From positions 144 to 64,143 of the forward strand of contig JAPSLL010000013.1 of assembly GCA_031180805.1 (NCBI GenBank): a stretch of DNA of 64,000 nucleotides, written 5' to 3'. The notes under the pieces were generated by a model that searched no databases, was not told where the DNA came from, and saw nothing but the letters and a program-made list of their open reading frames with translations. Below are positions 55,785 through 64,000 of the stretch, piece after piece. How positions within the stretch are numbered: the first letter of the stretch is position 1; the number at the start of each line of letters is the position of its first letter. The stretch is from Bacillus sp. (in: firmicutes). GTDB lineage: Bacteria; Bacillota; Bacilli; Bacillales; Bacillaceae. A program made the translations under genes and the position numbers.

Positions 55785-57101
55785 ATGGTCGAAACTAAAT
55801 TTGAGCGTTTTTCGCTTAAACCTTTTATTATAGAGGCAATAACGAAAGAATTAAACTTTTTTGAACCAACAGAAATTCAAGAAAGATTAATCCCGTCAAT
55901 TTTAAGAGGAGAAAGTGCTATTGGACAATCTCAGACAGGGACTGGGAAGACACATGCATACTTATTGCCTTTACTTAACAAAATTGAGCCTGAGCGGAAG
56001 GAAGTACAATTAGTCATTACCGCACCAACACGGGAATTGGCGACACAAATTTATAATGAGGTTATTAAGATTACTTCCTTTTCTAAGGAAGAGATGACCG
56101 CTAAATGCTTTATAGGCGGAACGGATAAACAACGGGCAATTGAAAAGTTAAAATTGCAACCTCAAATTGTTGTTGGAACACCTGGAAGAATTAATGATTT
56201 AGTCAATGAGAATGCACTTATTGTTGGTAAAGCTCGAGCTTTTGTTGTTGATGAAGCCGATTTAATGTTAGATATGGGTTTTATAAAAGAAGTAGATATG
56301 ATTGCTGGACAAATGCCTGAAAATCTGCAAATGCTCGTTTTTTCTGCAACAATACCAGAAAAACTTAAACCTTTTCTTAAAAAATATTTGGAAAATCCAA
56401 AGTTTACTCATGTAGCACCTAAACAAGCGACTGCAGCAAAAATAGAGCATGTTTTAGTTCCTACCAGACATCGAAACAAGATAAAGCTTGTTTATGAAAT
56501 GTTAGTAGGGTTTAACCCTTTCCTAGCGATAGTTTTTACGAATACAAAAAAGCGGGCTGACGAAGTTGCAGATGCTCTAATTGAACAAGGGTTAAAGGTT
56601 GGACGTATCCATGGTGATTTATCACCTCGGGATCGGAAGAAAATGATGAAGCAAATTAACGATCTTGAGTATCAATATGTTGTTGCTACAGATTTAGCGG
56701 CAAGAGGGATTGATATAAAGGGTGTTAGCCATGTAATTAATTTTGAAATACCGACAGCTGAATTGGATTTTTATATTCATCGTGTTGGACGAACAGCTAG
56801 GGCAGGAAGCTCAGGAATAGCTGTGACACTTTATGAAGCTTCAGATGAAGATGCGTTAAATAAACTAGAAAAATTGGGAATAGAGTTTATTAATCGTGAT
56901 TTTGTTAATGGAGAATGGAAAGACATTGAAGATCGAAAAAGACGTAAAAATCGAAAAAGGGTTGCTGATGAAGTAGATACTGCAGTAAAAAGTATTGTAC
57001 AAAAGCCTAAAAAGGTAAAACCAGGCTATAAAAAGAAAATGAGTCAGGAAATGGAACAAATTAAAAAGAGAAAAAGAAGATTAAATAGAAGAGGGAAATA
57101 G
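55785..57101 (+). CDS. cshB: DEAD-box RNA helicase CshB
   Basis: Q motif, GQSQTGTGKT, DEAD, SAT, HRVGRTARAG and a basic C-tail. The ATG at 55785 is 9 nt after GGAG. Confidence 0.96.
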   Translation: MVETKFERFSLKPFIIEAITKELNFFEPTEIQERLIPSILRGESAIGQSQTGTGKTHAYLLPLLNKIEPERKEVQLVITAPTRELATQIYNEVIKITSFSKEEMTAKCFIGGTDKQRAIEKLKLQPQIVVGTPGRINDLVNENALIVGKARAFVVDEADLMLDMGFIKEVDMIAGQMPENLQMLVFSATIPEKLKPFLKKYLENPKFTHVAPKQATAAKIEHVLVPTRHRNKIKLVYEMLVGFNPFLAIVFTNTKKRADEVADALIEQGLKVGRIHGDLSPRDRKKMMKQINDLEYQYVVATDLAARGIDIKGVSHVINFEIPTAELDFYIHRVGRTARAGSSGIAVTLYEASDEDALNKLEKLGIEFINRDFVNGEWKDIEDRKRRKNRKRVADEVDTAVKSIVQKPKKVKPGYKKKMSQEMEQIKKRKRRLNRRGK

Positions 57102-57112
57102 GAGGAAGATAA

Positions 57113-58006
57113 ATGCTCAAACTAGGTTCACATGTATCGATGAGTGGGAAGAAAATGCTTTTAGCATCAAGTGAGGAAGCTGTTTCATATGGTTCAAACA
57201 CTTTTATGATCTACACAGGTGCACCTCAAAATACTCGGCGAAAAAAGATTGAGGAATTAAATATTGAGGCTGGACAAGCCCATATGAAGGAGCATGGAAT
57301 TGATGAGATCATTGTTCATGCACCATACATTATTAATATTGGCAATTCTGTAAATCCAGCTACATTTGAATTAGGAGTTAATTTTTTACGTTCAGAAATT
57401 GAAAGAACTCAAGCGATTGGAGCTAAGCAAATTGTTCTTCATCCTGGTGCACATGTTGGGGCAGGAGCAGACGTTGGAATTAAAACGATTATTCAAGGGT
57501 TAAATGAAGTGCTAGAGCAGAATCAAGAGGTACAAATTGCCCTTGAAACGATGGCAGGAAAAGGGTCAGAATGTGGTCGTACCTTTGATGAGCTAGCAAA
57601 AATAATTGATGGTGTAACACATAATCAACATTTATCAGTATGTTTTGATACATGTCATACACATGATGCTGGATATGATATTGTCAATGATTTTGATGGA
57701 GTATTAAAAGAATTTGATTCAATTATTGGCTTAGATAGAATTAAGGTTCTTCATATTAATGATAGTAAAAATCCAATGGGGGCAAGAAAGGATCGTCATG
57801 AAAACATTGGATTTGGTCATATCGGTTTTAAAGCTTTAAATCAAATCATTCACCATCCTGCACTGATGGATGTCCCTAAAATTCTCGAAACACCATTTGT
57901 TGGTGAAGATAAAAAATATAAGAAACCACCATATAAATTTGAAATAAATATGTTAAGGGAACAGACTTTCGAGGAAGATTTACTTGAAAAGATCTTAAAT
58001 CAGTAA
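57113..58006 (+). CDS. nfo: Endonuclease IV
   Basis: [20 protein letters not shown] and HINDSK metal-binding motifs. Confidence 0.97.
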   Translation: MLKLGSHVSMSGKKMLLASSEEAVSYGSNTFMIYTGAPQNTRRKKIEELNIEAGQAHMKEHGIDEIIVHAPYIINIGNSVNPATFELGVNFLRSEIERTQAIGAKQIVLHPGAHVGAGADVGIKTIIQGLNEVLEQNQEVQIALETMAGKGSECGRTFDELAKIIDGVTHNQHLSVCFDTCHTHDAGYDIVNDFDGVLKEFDSIIGLDRIKVLHINDSKNPMGARKDRHENIGFGHIGFKALNQIIHHPALMDVPKILETPFVGEDKKYKKPPYKFEINMLREQTFEEDLLEKILNQ

Positions 58007-58028
58007 GAGTTACAAGGAAGAACAATAG

Positions 58029-58060
58029 GAGAGGGCTGTCTAATTTTGACAGCTCTCTTC
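58029..58060. terminator. Bidirectional terminator between nfo and yqfT
   Basis: GAGAGGGCTGTC ... GACAGCTCTCTTC. Confidence 0.75.
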
Positions 58061-58106
58061 AAATTTTCTGATATATAATTTTATCCTAGGTAAGTAAATC
58101 ATGATT

Positions 58107-58361
58107 CTATTTGATAAACTTTTGAAAGATGGCATTCACTTCATTTGCAGTTTCAGGTGATGTAATAGCAGCTATTTGATTAAGTAATTGTTTTCGCTCA
58201 AGATGATTGAATATATTTATATTCTGCCCATTTATAATACTTACAACCTTGGCAGCTTGTGTCTGGTCAATGGCTACATTAAATTGCTTTGCGTACTGCA
58301 AAAGTTCTTCAACAGAAATACTATTAAGCTTTTGATTGATTATTTTTTGGAATAAAATCAT
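58107..58361 (-). CDS. yqfT: YqfT-family small protein (DUF2624)
   Basis: 84 aa, same size and position as B. subtilis YqfT. GAGAGGAGG SD. Confidence 0.85.
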   Translation of the reverse strand: MILFQKIINQKLNSISVEELLQYAKQFNVAIDQTQAAKVVSIINGQNINIFNHLERKQLLNQIAAITSPETANEVNAIFQKFIK

Positions 58362-58385
58362 CTTTATTCAAACCTCCTCTCATAC

Positions 58386-58412
58386 AATGTATGGAGGATT
58401 CATCGATATGTG
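58386..58412 (-). promoter_or_regulatory. Candidate sigma-E-type promoter of yqfT
   Basis: The minus strand reads CACATAT, 12 nt, then CATACATT (-10 consensus CATACAnT), directly upstream of the RBS. Confidence 0.3.
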
Positions 58413-58561
58413 ATCTATTTTCCATGTTCGTTTAATAAAAATTTTTATAGACAATTATTAGTTTTAAAAGTGAAAATTAATAAGCCTTGATCTATTTCTT
58501 TACATATTATTTGATTTCCAGTATAATTCTTATGTTAAAGTAATGTACATGTATTTTATCT

Positions 58562-58582
58562 AAATCGGAACGATTCTTAATT
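58562..58582 (+). promoter_or_regulatory. Candidate Zur box upstream of znuC
   Basis: AAATCGGAACGATTCTTAATT matches the remembered Zur consensus AAATCGTAATNATTACGATTT at about 14/20 positions, 17 nt before the TTG start. Confidence 0.3.
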
Positions 58583-58598
58583 TAAAGGATGAAATAAA

Positions 58599-59360
58599 TT
58601 GAAAAAACTAATTATTGAAGTTGAACATTTACATTTCACATATGAAAGGCAAAGAGTGTTAGAAGATATTACGTTATCTATAAATGAAGGAGATTTTCTT
58701 GGCCTTGTAGGACCAAACGGATCTGGTAAAACGACACTTCTTAAATGTATTTTAGGTTTATTGAAACCAGAAGCTGGCAGTATTAAGCTGTTTGGCCAAC
58801 CAATTCAGAAATTTAAGGAGTGGCATGAGGTAGGTTTTGTGTCACAAAAGGCAAATAGTTTCAATACTGGCTTTCCAGCATCAGTTTTTGAGGTTGTTTC
58901 TAGCGGTTTAACCTCTAAGCTTGGCTTATTTAAGTTTATGACGAAACAAGACCGGAGTAAAGTCATTGAAGCGATAGAGGCAGTTGGCTTAAGCGAGTTT
59001 AAAAAGCGGAATATTGGAGAATTATCTGGTGGACAGCAACAACGTGCCTTTATAGCACGTGCGATTGTTAGCAATCCAAAACTTCTCATATTAGACGAGC
59101 CTACCGTAGGGGTTGATGCACAAACAGTGCAAAGCTTCTATGAAATGCTTATGCATTTGAACCGAAACTTAGGAATTACGTTGTTATTAGTAACTCACGA
59201 TATTGGAACAATTACTGATAAAGTCTCACATGTGGCTTGTATAAATAAACATTTACATTTTCATGGTAAATCAAATGAATTTGAATCATTAAAAGAAGAA
59301 GAAATGTCTGATTATTATGGACACACATTACGTGTGTTAACACATAATCACTCCCATTAA
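58599..59360 (+). CDS. znuC: Zinc ABC transporter ATP-binding protein (ZnuC/ZurA)
   Basis: GPNGSGKTT, LSGGQQQR and LLILDEPT, with a His-rich C-terminus (THNHSH). TTG start. Confidence 0.92.
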   Translation: MKKLIIEVEHLHFTYERQRVLEDITLSINEGDFLGLVGPNGSGKTTLLKCILGLLKPEAGSIKLFGQPIQKFKEWHEVGFVSQKANSFNTGFPASVFEVVSSGLTSKLGLFKFMTKQDRSKVIEAIEAVGLSEFKKRNIGELSGGQQQRAFIARAIVSNPKLLILDEPTVGVDAQTVQSFYEMLMHLNRNLGITLLLVTHDIGTITDKVSHVACINKHLHFHGKSNEFESLKEEEMSDYYGHTLRVLTHNHSH

Positions 59361-59376
59361 TGGAGGAAGTAAAAAA

Positions 59377-60219
59377 ATGATAAGTAGTATTTTTGAGTAT
59401 GAATTTTTACAAAATGCATTTGTTTCAGGAATGTTAATAGGAATCATCGCTCCGCTGTTAGGAGTTTTTATTGTTGTAAGAAGAATGTCATTGATTGCAG
59501 ATGCATTAAGTCATGTAACATTAGCAGGTATTGCTGCAAGTCTGCTTCTCGAGAAGAAAGTTATGGCGTTTACAGGGTTAAATCCTATTTATTTTGGTAT
59601 GGCCTTTTCTGTTGTAGGTTCTTTATTTATTGAAAAACTCAGAACCGTTTATAAACATTATCAAGAGCTCGCAATTCCGATTATTTTATCTAGTGGTGTT
59701 GGAATTAGTGTTATTTTTATTTCATTGGCAGACGGCTTTAATACAGATTTATTTAGTTATTTATTTGGAAGTGTTAGTGCTGTTAGTCGAACAGATTTAT
59801 TTGTTATAATTATTGTTGCAATAACAGTTATTACAATTATATTTTTCCTATATAAGGAACTATTTTTATTATCATTTGATGAAGAGCATGCTTCTGCATC
59901 GGGAATTCATGCAAAATGGATTCATTTTATTTTTATATTAATCGTAGCACTTGTTATTGCAGCATCAATGAGAATTGTTGGTATTCTTCTCGTGTCATCG
60001 TTAATGACACTACCTGTAGCTGCAAGTATTAGAATTGCTAAAGGTTTTAAACAAACAATTTTCTTTTCTGTACTATTTGGTGAATTATCTGTTATTATTG
60101 GATTATTCCTAGCATATTATTTAGATTTAGCTCCAGGTGGTACAATTGTTGTATTGTCTGTTATCATCTTAATATTAGCGATTTTATGGACAAAAATAAC
60201 AAAGGGGAAAGTTTCATGA
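59377..60219 (+). CDS. znuB: Zinc ABC transporter permease (ZnuB/ZurM)
   Basis: ABC-3 family polytopic permease ([13 protein letters not shown]). Confidence 0.92.
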   Translation: MISSIFEYEFLQNAFVSGMLIGIIAPLLGVFIVVRRMSLIADALSHVTLAGIAASLLLEKKVMAFTGLNPIYFGMAFSVVGSLFIEKLRTVYKHYQELAIPIILSSGVGISVIFISLADGFNTDLFSYLFGSVSAVSRTDLFVIIIVAITVITIIFFLYKELFLLSFDEEHASASGIHAKWIHFIFILIVALVIAASMRIVGILLVSSLMTLPVAASIRIAKGFKQTIFFSVLFGELSVIIGLFLAYYLDLAPGGTIVVLSVIILILAILWTKITKGKVS

Positions 60220-60626
60220 ACGTTCAAGAAGCTCTCGACTTACTAAAAGAAAAAGGATATAAATATACAAATAAAAGAGAGGAAATGCTTCAGCTATTTG
60301 CAGATCATGATAAATATTTGACAGCAAAAGATGTGTTAGAATCAATGAAAGATGATTATCCTGGATTAAGTTTTGATACCATTTACCGAAACTTATCGTT
60401 GTTTGCAGATTTAGGTATTTTTGAAATGACTGAATTATCAGGGGAAAAACACTTTCGATTCTCATGTGATACGAAGCATCATCACCATCATTTTATTTGT
60501 TTACAATGTGGGAAAACGAAAGAAATTCCAGGTTGTCCAATGACAAACTATGCTCAAAATTTAGCAGGCTATGACATAAGTGGCCACAAGTTCGAAATAT
60601 ATGGTAAATGTCCACAATGTCATTAA
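60216..60626 (+). CDS. zur: Zinc uptake regulator Zur (Fur family)
   Basis: The ATG at 60216 overlaps the znuB stop (ATGA). Winged-helix N-domain, HHHHHFIC, and CxxC ... CxxC. Confidence 0.94.
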   Translation: MNVQEALDLLKEKGYKYTNKREEMLQLFADHDKYLTAKDVLESMKDDYPGLSFDTIYRNLSLFADLGIFEMTELSGEKHFRFSCDTKHHHHHFICLQCGKTKEIPGCPMTNYAQNLAGYDISGHKFEIYGKCPQCH

Positions 60627-60629
60627 AAT

Positions 60630-60663
60630 AAAAAGCCTCTGACACTAATGTCAGGGCTTTTTT
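60630..60663. terminator. Bidirectional terminator between zur and yqfW
   Basis: AAAAAGCCTCTGACA ... TGTCAGGGCTTTTTT. Confidence 0.85.
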
Positions 60664-60671
60664 ACGGTTAT

Positions 60672-61244
60672 TTATAACACTTTTACATCAGACCAATGAT
60701 TAACCCAATTTTTTGCCTCAAGCCAATTATTAACGCGGATAACACCTTTTGGAATAGGATCCTGATTATATGGGGTATTAAATAATATTACAGGAATATC
60801 ATGCTCTTCACTTATCATACACGCATTATCATGCTTGTCCTCAAAAAAGATCGAAATTTCATTTTGTTTTACAGCCTCAAGTTTATTATGGTGGCCTATT
60901 AACTCTATGTGATGATAATATATTTCATTTTCTTTGAACCAGTTATAGGTTATATCCAATAAATGCTCTCTTCGTGCACTGATAAAGTATAGTTGATGTT
61001 GTAGCTTCCATGCATCTAACACTTCTTTAGCATATGGTGCAAGTGGTGCCTCTTTATAAATAATAGGCTCAAATTCATCCATCCATTCCCAAAAACCTTG
61101 TTCTGAAATATTTAGCACTTTTGTTAAATCATATTCTGTTAAGTCATTGTAAGTTAATGATTTTTTAAATGATTTATTTAAATAAGGTACAAATGTTTTT
61201 GGGTCTGTAACAGTTCCGTCAATATCAATTCCTAGTCGTAGCAT
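60672..61244 (-). CDS. yqfW: HAD-type 5'(3')-deoxyribonucleotidase-like protein YqfW
   Basis: MLRLGIDIDGTVTDP (DxDxT) aligns with the B. subtilis YqfW N-terminus. AAGGAGAG SD. The track start at 61343 is too long. Confidence 0.9.
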   Translation of the reverse strand: MLRLGIDIDGTVTDPKTFVPYLNKSFKKSLTYNDLTEYDLTKVLNISEQGFWEWMDEFEPIIYKEAPLAPYAKEVLDAWKLQHQLYFISARREHLLDITYNWFKENEIYYHHIELIGHHNKLEAVKQNEISIFFEDKHDNACMISEEHDIPVILFNTPYNQDPIPKGVIRVNNWLEAKNWVNHWSDVKVL

Positions 61245-61383
61245 CATGTACTCTCCTTTGAAGTTAACTACTATTAGTGTACCATATAGATTTTTTATTG
61301 AGCAGAAAAGTTTTACAGTTATAGTTCTTTTGTTAAAGCTCATAATAGTAATGCTCCTTTATTTTAGAAAGGAAGGGATATGA

Positions 61384-61854
61384 ATGCCAGACAATAATAA
61401 AATGGACATTCCTGAACGAGATCGATACAGTAATTCCGAATATAAAGGAATTACACCACTTGATCGTGAAATTGTGAGTGATGTACAAACAGGTTCTGCT
61501 ATGAATTATTCAGAGCCAGTAAATAATAACAATCCAAGAACTACAACAAATACAGATACAGAAACAGCTGCAGAAATTGCCGCACCAGTTAATTTAAGAA
61601 GAGATGTAATAAGAGGTAGGGAAACAGATGGACGTTTAGATGACGGTAGAGCAGTTGAAGGAAGAGGTTTAGGCATACTTGCCTTAGCTTTATCGATTAT
61701 CTCTCTCTTTTTACTACCGGTTATATTAGGAGCAGCTGGGATTATTGTCGGTTTCATTGCAAGAAGAAGAGGAGCAACAGCTACAGGAGCATGGGCTATT
61801 GGTATAGGGATTGTTTCGATTATTTTAGGCATTTTTATCATGCCATTTTTCTAA
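61384..61854 (+). CDS. yqfX: YqfX-family membrane protein (DUF4190-like C-terminal two-TM domain)
   Basis: The C-terminus GLGILALALSIISLF ... GIIVGFIARRRG ... AIGIGIVSIILG matches YqfX. Disordered N-terminus. Confidence 0.85.
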   Translation: MPDNNKMDIPERDRYSNSEYKGITPLDREIVSDVQTGSAMNYSEPVNNNNPRTTTNTDTETAAEIAAPVNLRRDVIRGRETDGRLDDGRAVEGRGLGILALALSIISLFLLPVILGAAGIIVGFIARRRGATATGAWAIGIGIVSIILGIFIMPFF

Positions 61855-61873
61855 ATGGTACGTTAAAAATAAA

Positions 61874-61905
61874 TCAAGGGATTGGCCATTTGGTCAATCC
61901 CTTGA
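61874..61905. terminator. Hairpin between convergent yqfX and ispG
   Basis: TCAAGGGATTG ... CAATCCCTTGA, an 11-bp perfect stem. The flanking U-runs are weak. Confidence 0.55.
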
Positions 61906-61912
61906 ATAAAAA

Positions 61913-63013
61913 TTATGCTTTTTCATCTGCTAATTTTGCAAAATGCTCTTCAGCAATTAAATCAATTTCCTTTTTTAACTCTTCAACCATAGTTTCTTCA
62001 GGAACTTTACGTACAATTTTCCCTTTTCGGAATAATAAACCTTCACCACGTGCCCCAGCTATACCAATATCTGCTTCTCGAGCTTCTCCGGGACCATTTA
62101 CAGCACATCCAAGTACAGCAACTTTTATTGGTGCTTTTATTTTTGAAATATATTCCTCTACTTCATTAGCAATGCTGATCAAGTCAATTTCAATTCGACC
62201 ACATGTAGGGCACGAAATTAAAGTTGCAGCATTTGCTGCTAAGCCAAACGATTTTAATAATTCACGAGCTACTTTAACTTCTTCTACAGGGTCAGCACTT
62301 AAAGATATGCGTAATGTATTTCCGATTCCTTTATTGAGAATAACACCTAAACCTGCTGCACTTTTTACTGTTCCCGCAAATAAAGTTCCAGATTCAGTAA
62401 TACCTAAATGTAAAGGATAGTCAAACGCACGAGCTGCTTTTTCATATGCTTCAATAGCCAAGTTAACATCTGAGGCTTTCATTGAAACGATAATATCATG
62501 GAAGTCTAAGTCCTCAAGAATTTTTATATGATGGAGGGCACTTTCTACCATGCCGTCAGCAGTAGGGTAACCATATTTTTCTATAATTCTTTTCTCTAAT
62601 GAGCCTGCGTTTACCCCAATTCTGATTGGAATGCCACGTTCTTTAGCAGCTTTAACGACTGCTTCAACCTTTTCTTTTCTTCCAATATTACCAGGGTTAA
62701 TTCTAATTTTATCTGCTCCACCTTCAATTGCTTTAAGGGCAAGTTTATAATCAAAATGAATATCTACTACAAGTGGAATATTAATTCGTTTTTTTATTTC
62801 AGCAATCGCATTAGCGGCACGTTCATCAGGACAGGCAACGCGAACGATTTGACATCCAGCTTCTTCTAACCGATTTATTTCAGCAACAGTTGCATCAACG
62901 TCATGTGTTTTGGTTGTTGTCATACTTTGAATAACAACTTCATTATTCCCACCGATGGTTAAGTTTCCCACCTTTACTGGGCGTGTTTTAGTACGATGTA
63001 TGATTTCACTCAC
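61913..63013 (-). CDS. ispG: 4-hydroxy-3-methylbut-2-enyl diphosphate synthase
   Basis: Near-identical to remembered B. subtilis IspG from [16 protein letters not shown] onward. The GTG at 63013 is 9 nt after AAGGAG. The track start at 63109 is too long. Confidence 0.97.
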   Translation of the reverse strand: MSEIIHRTKTRPVKVGNLTIGGNNEVVIQSMTTTKTHDVDATVAEINRLEEAGCQIVRVACPDERAANAIAEIKKRINIPLVVDIHFDYKLALKAIEGGADKIRINPGNIGRKEKVEAVVKAAKERGIPIRIGVNAGSLEKRIIEKYGYPTADGMVESALHHIKILEDLDFHDIIVSMKASDVNLAIEAYEKAARAFDYPLHLGITESGTLFAGTVKSAAGLGVILNKGIGNTLRISLSADPVEEVKVARELLKSFGLAANAATLISCPTCGRIEIDLISIANEVEEYISKIKAPIKVAVLGCAVNGPGEAREADIGIAGARGEGLLFRKGKIVRKVPEETMVEELKKEIDLIAEEHFAKLADEKA

Positions 63014-63147
63014 GTGTAATCGCTCCTTAAAATAAATATAATTCGAACCAACTATATATAATGATACGATTTTTTTGTCTATATTACTAGTAATTGTGCT
63101 TTCCATCACTCATTGTACTAGTGAGAATTCGAAAAAACAAGAATGAA

Positions 63148-63480
63148 TTATTCGCTATAATCCGGGAAACGATAGGTTTTTCCAACCGTAATGGATTCTG
63201 CCTTCACATTTTTATTTAATGTTTCAAAGTCATTTATAATTTTTTCAATTGAAGTTGGAAGACCACCATGATATTTTTCTATAATTGATAGAACAGTTTC
63301 ACCTTGTTTTATTTTCATCTCATAATAAGGAATTGTTGTTTTCTGAACAATTTCTTCATCTTGTTTGGAAGCTTCTATATTAGTAACGCTAACCACAGGT
63401 AAAGTGCCAACTTTAATATCATAATAAATGATATAACAAAGGAAAATAGCGATTAAAAACAATGATAGTCGTTTCATCAT
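63148..63480 (-). CDS. yqfZ: YqfZ-family protein (N-terminal TM plus LysM-like domain)
   Basis: MMKRLSLFLIAIFLCYIIYYDIKVGTLP ... GETVLSIIEKY. Same position as B. subtilis yqfZ. Confidence 0.85.
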   Translation of the reverse strand: MMKRLSLFLIAIFLCYIIYYDIKVGTLPVVSVTNIEASKQDEEIVQKTTIPYYEMKIKQGETVLSIIEKYHGGLPTSIEKIINDFETLNKNVKAESITVGKTYRFPDYSE

Positions 63481-63840
63481 CGTTCCTCCAATAAAAATAA
63501 TAATTGCTTATTACCTTATATATATGGCTTGTCTTAATTATTATGATAGTTAAGTAAAAAACAGTAAAGAAGAACTGCATTCATCACAGGTGAATCTAGT
63601 GATTTTTTATCGTTTTATAAGTAGGTAAATCTAATGTAAATAAATCTAATGTAAATAAATGCTATCAAGAATTAACGAATATTTACTAAAATATAAATTG
63701 ATCATTACCAAAAATAGAAGAAGTATCAGCAGGATTTGTGACAATTACAAGAAATGTTAACTAGATTATAGAAAATGCTTCAGAAGTAATAATAAATATA
63801 AAGTTATGGAGTAATTATGTCCCGATAAAAATAATGAGTA

Positions 63841-63882
63841 AAAGGACTGATCAGTTTCAAAATAAACTGATCAGTCCTTTTT
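63841..63882. terminator. Long perfect hairpin terminator (serves the minus-strand gene entering from the right edge)
   Basis: AAAGGACTGATCAGTTT ... AAACTGATCAGTCCTTTTT. Confidence 0.8.
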
Positions 63883-63893
63883 AAACAACTATT

Positions 63894-64000
63894 TTATTGA
63901 AGTGCTTTAGTAGTAGGAGGTATTTCTTTTAATGACAAGAAAAGCACGATGATATTTACAAACCAATTAAGTAAAAATCCGCTTGGAACGGAAATTTGTA
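63894..64000 (-). CDS. C-terminal fragment of an unidentified, probably membrane, protein entering from the window edge
   Basis: The frame is open from the window edge to the TAA at 63896-63894. The tail reads ...[35 protein letters not shown] terminator follows 12 nt downstream. Confidence 0.5.
   Translation of the reverse strand, partial: QISVPSGFLLNWFVNIIVLFLSLKEIPPTTKALQ

Noticed and set aside
58536-58560. AATGTACATGTATT palindrome-like sequence upstream of znuC as an alternative Zur/Fur-type operator.
   Set aside because: Only an 8-bp ATGTACAT palindrome is present. It fits the 7-1-7 Fur-family architecture poorly.
61791-62420. 209-aa plus-strand ORF antisense to ispG. Other long antisense ORFs include 15526-15933, 34191-34547, 38640-38987, 27583-27909, 44793-45119, 47093-47437, 61506-61841, 12686-12985 and 2167-2466.
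   Set aside because: These are shadow ORFs opposite highly conserved genes. They have no SD and biased low-complexity products. The sense-strand genes are unambiguous.
63659-63760. 33-aa ORF in the yqfZ upstream spacer.
   Set aside because: No SD. It starts inside the 15-nt tandem repeat and gives an AT-biased product.

Overview
This is a low-GC Bacillaceae chromosomal segment. It is almost entirely core genome and colinear with the B. subtilis 168 region from sigK/sda/yqeG to ispG/yqfZ. Order of genes: pro-sigma-K (partial, uninterrupted), sda with a DnaA-box cluster, and the yqeG-yqeH-aroE-yhbY-nadD-yqeK-rsfS-yqeM operon. Next come comER and comEA-EB-EC, yqzM, holA, rpsT, gpr, spoIIP, yqxA, lepA and hemW, followed by the CIRCE-controlled hrcA-grpE-dnaK-dnaJ-prmA-rsmE-mtaB operon. 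After that: deoC, rpsU-yqeY, nfeD(yqeZ)-floA-yqfB, yqfC-yqfD, phoH-pgpH-ybeY-dgkA-cdd-era, yqzL, recO, and the T-box-controlled glyQS. The window ends with yqfL, yqxD-dnaG-sigA, cccA, trmK-yqfO, ispH, yqfQ, cshB, nfo, yqfT, znuC-znuB-zur, yqfW, yqfX, ispG and yqfZ. Several ORF-track starts are too long, and I corrected them using Shine-Dalgarno spacing and remembered B. subtilis N-termini. Five real genes missing from the track were recovered by hand: sigK, which is open at the window edge, and the sub-60-aa genes sda, yqzM, yqzL and a YjcZ-like tiny TM protein. I saw no rRNA, tRNA, CRISPR, transposase, integrase, phage or defence-type genes, and I found no convincing evidence of a new multi-gene system. 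This is an ordinary housekeeping and sporulation region. The least ordinary signal is a family of decayed, GC-enriched, MITE/REP-like intergenic repeats with at least four copies. Other points of note are a separate 121-nt palindrome between convergent genes, small tandem duplications, and a few synteny differences from B. subtilis: a compact sigK-sda junction, deoC in place of yqeW, an unknown membrane protein after sigA, and zur fused to znuCB. All homology statements come from memory of family sequences and motifs, not from searches.
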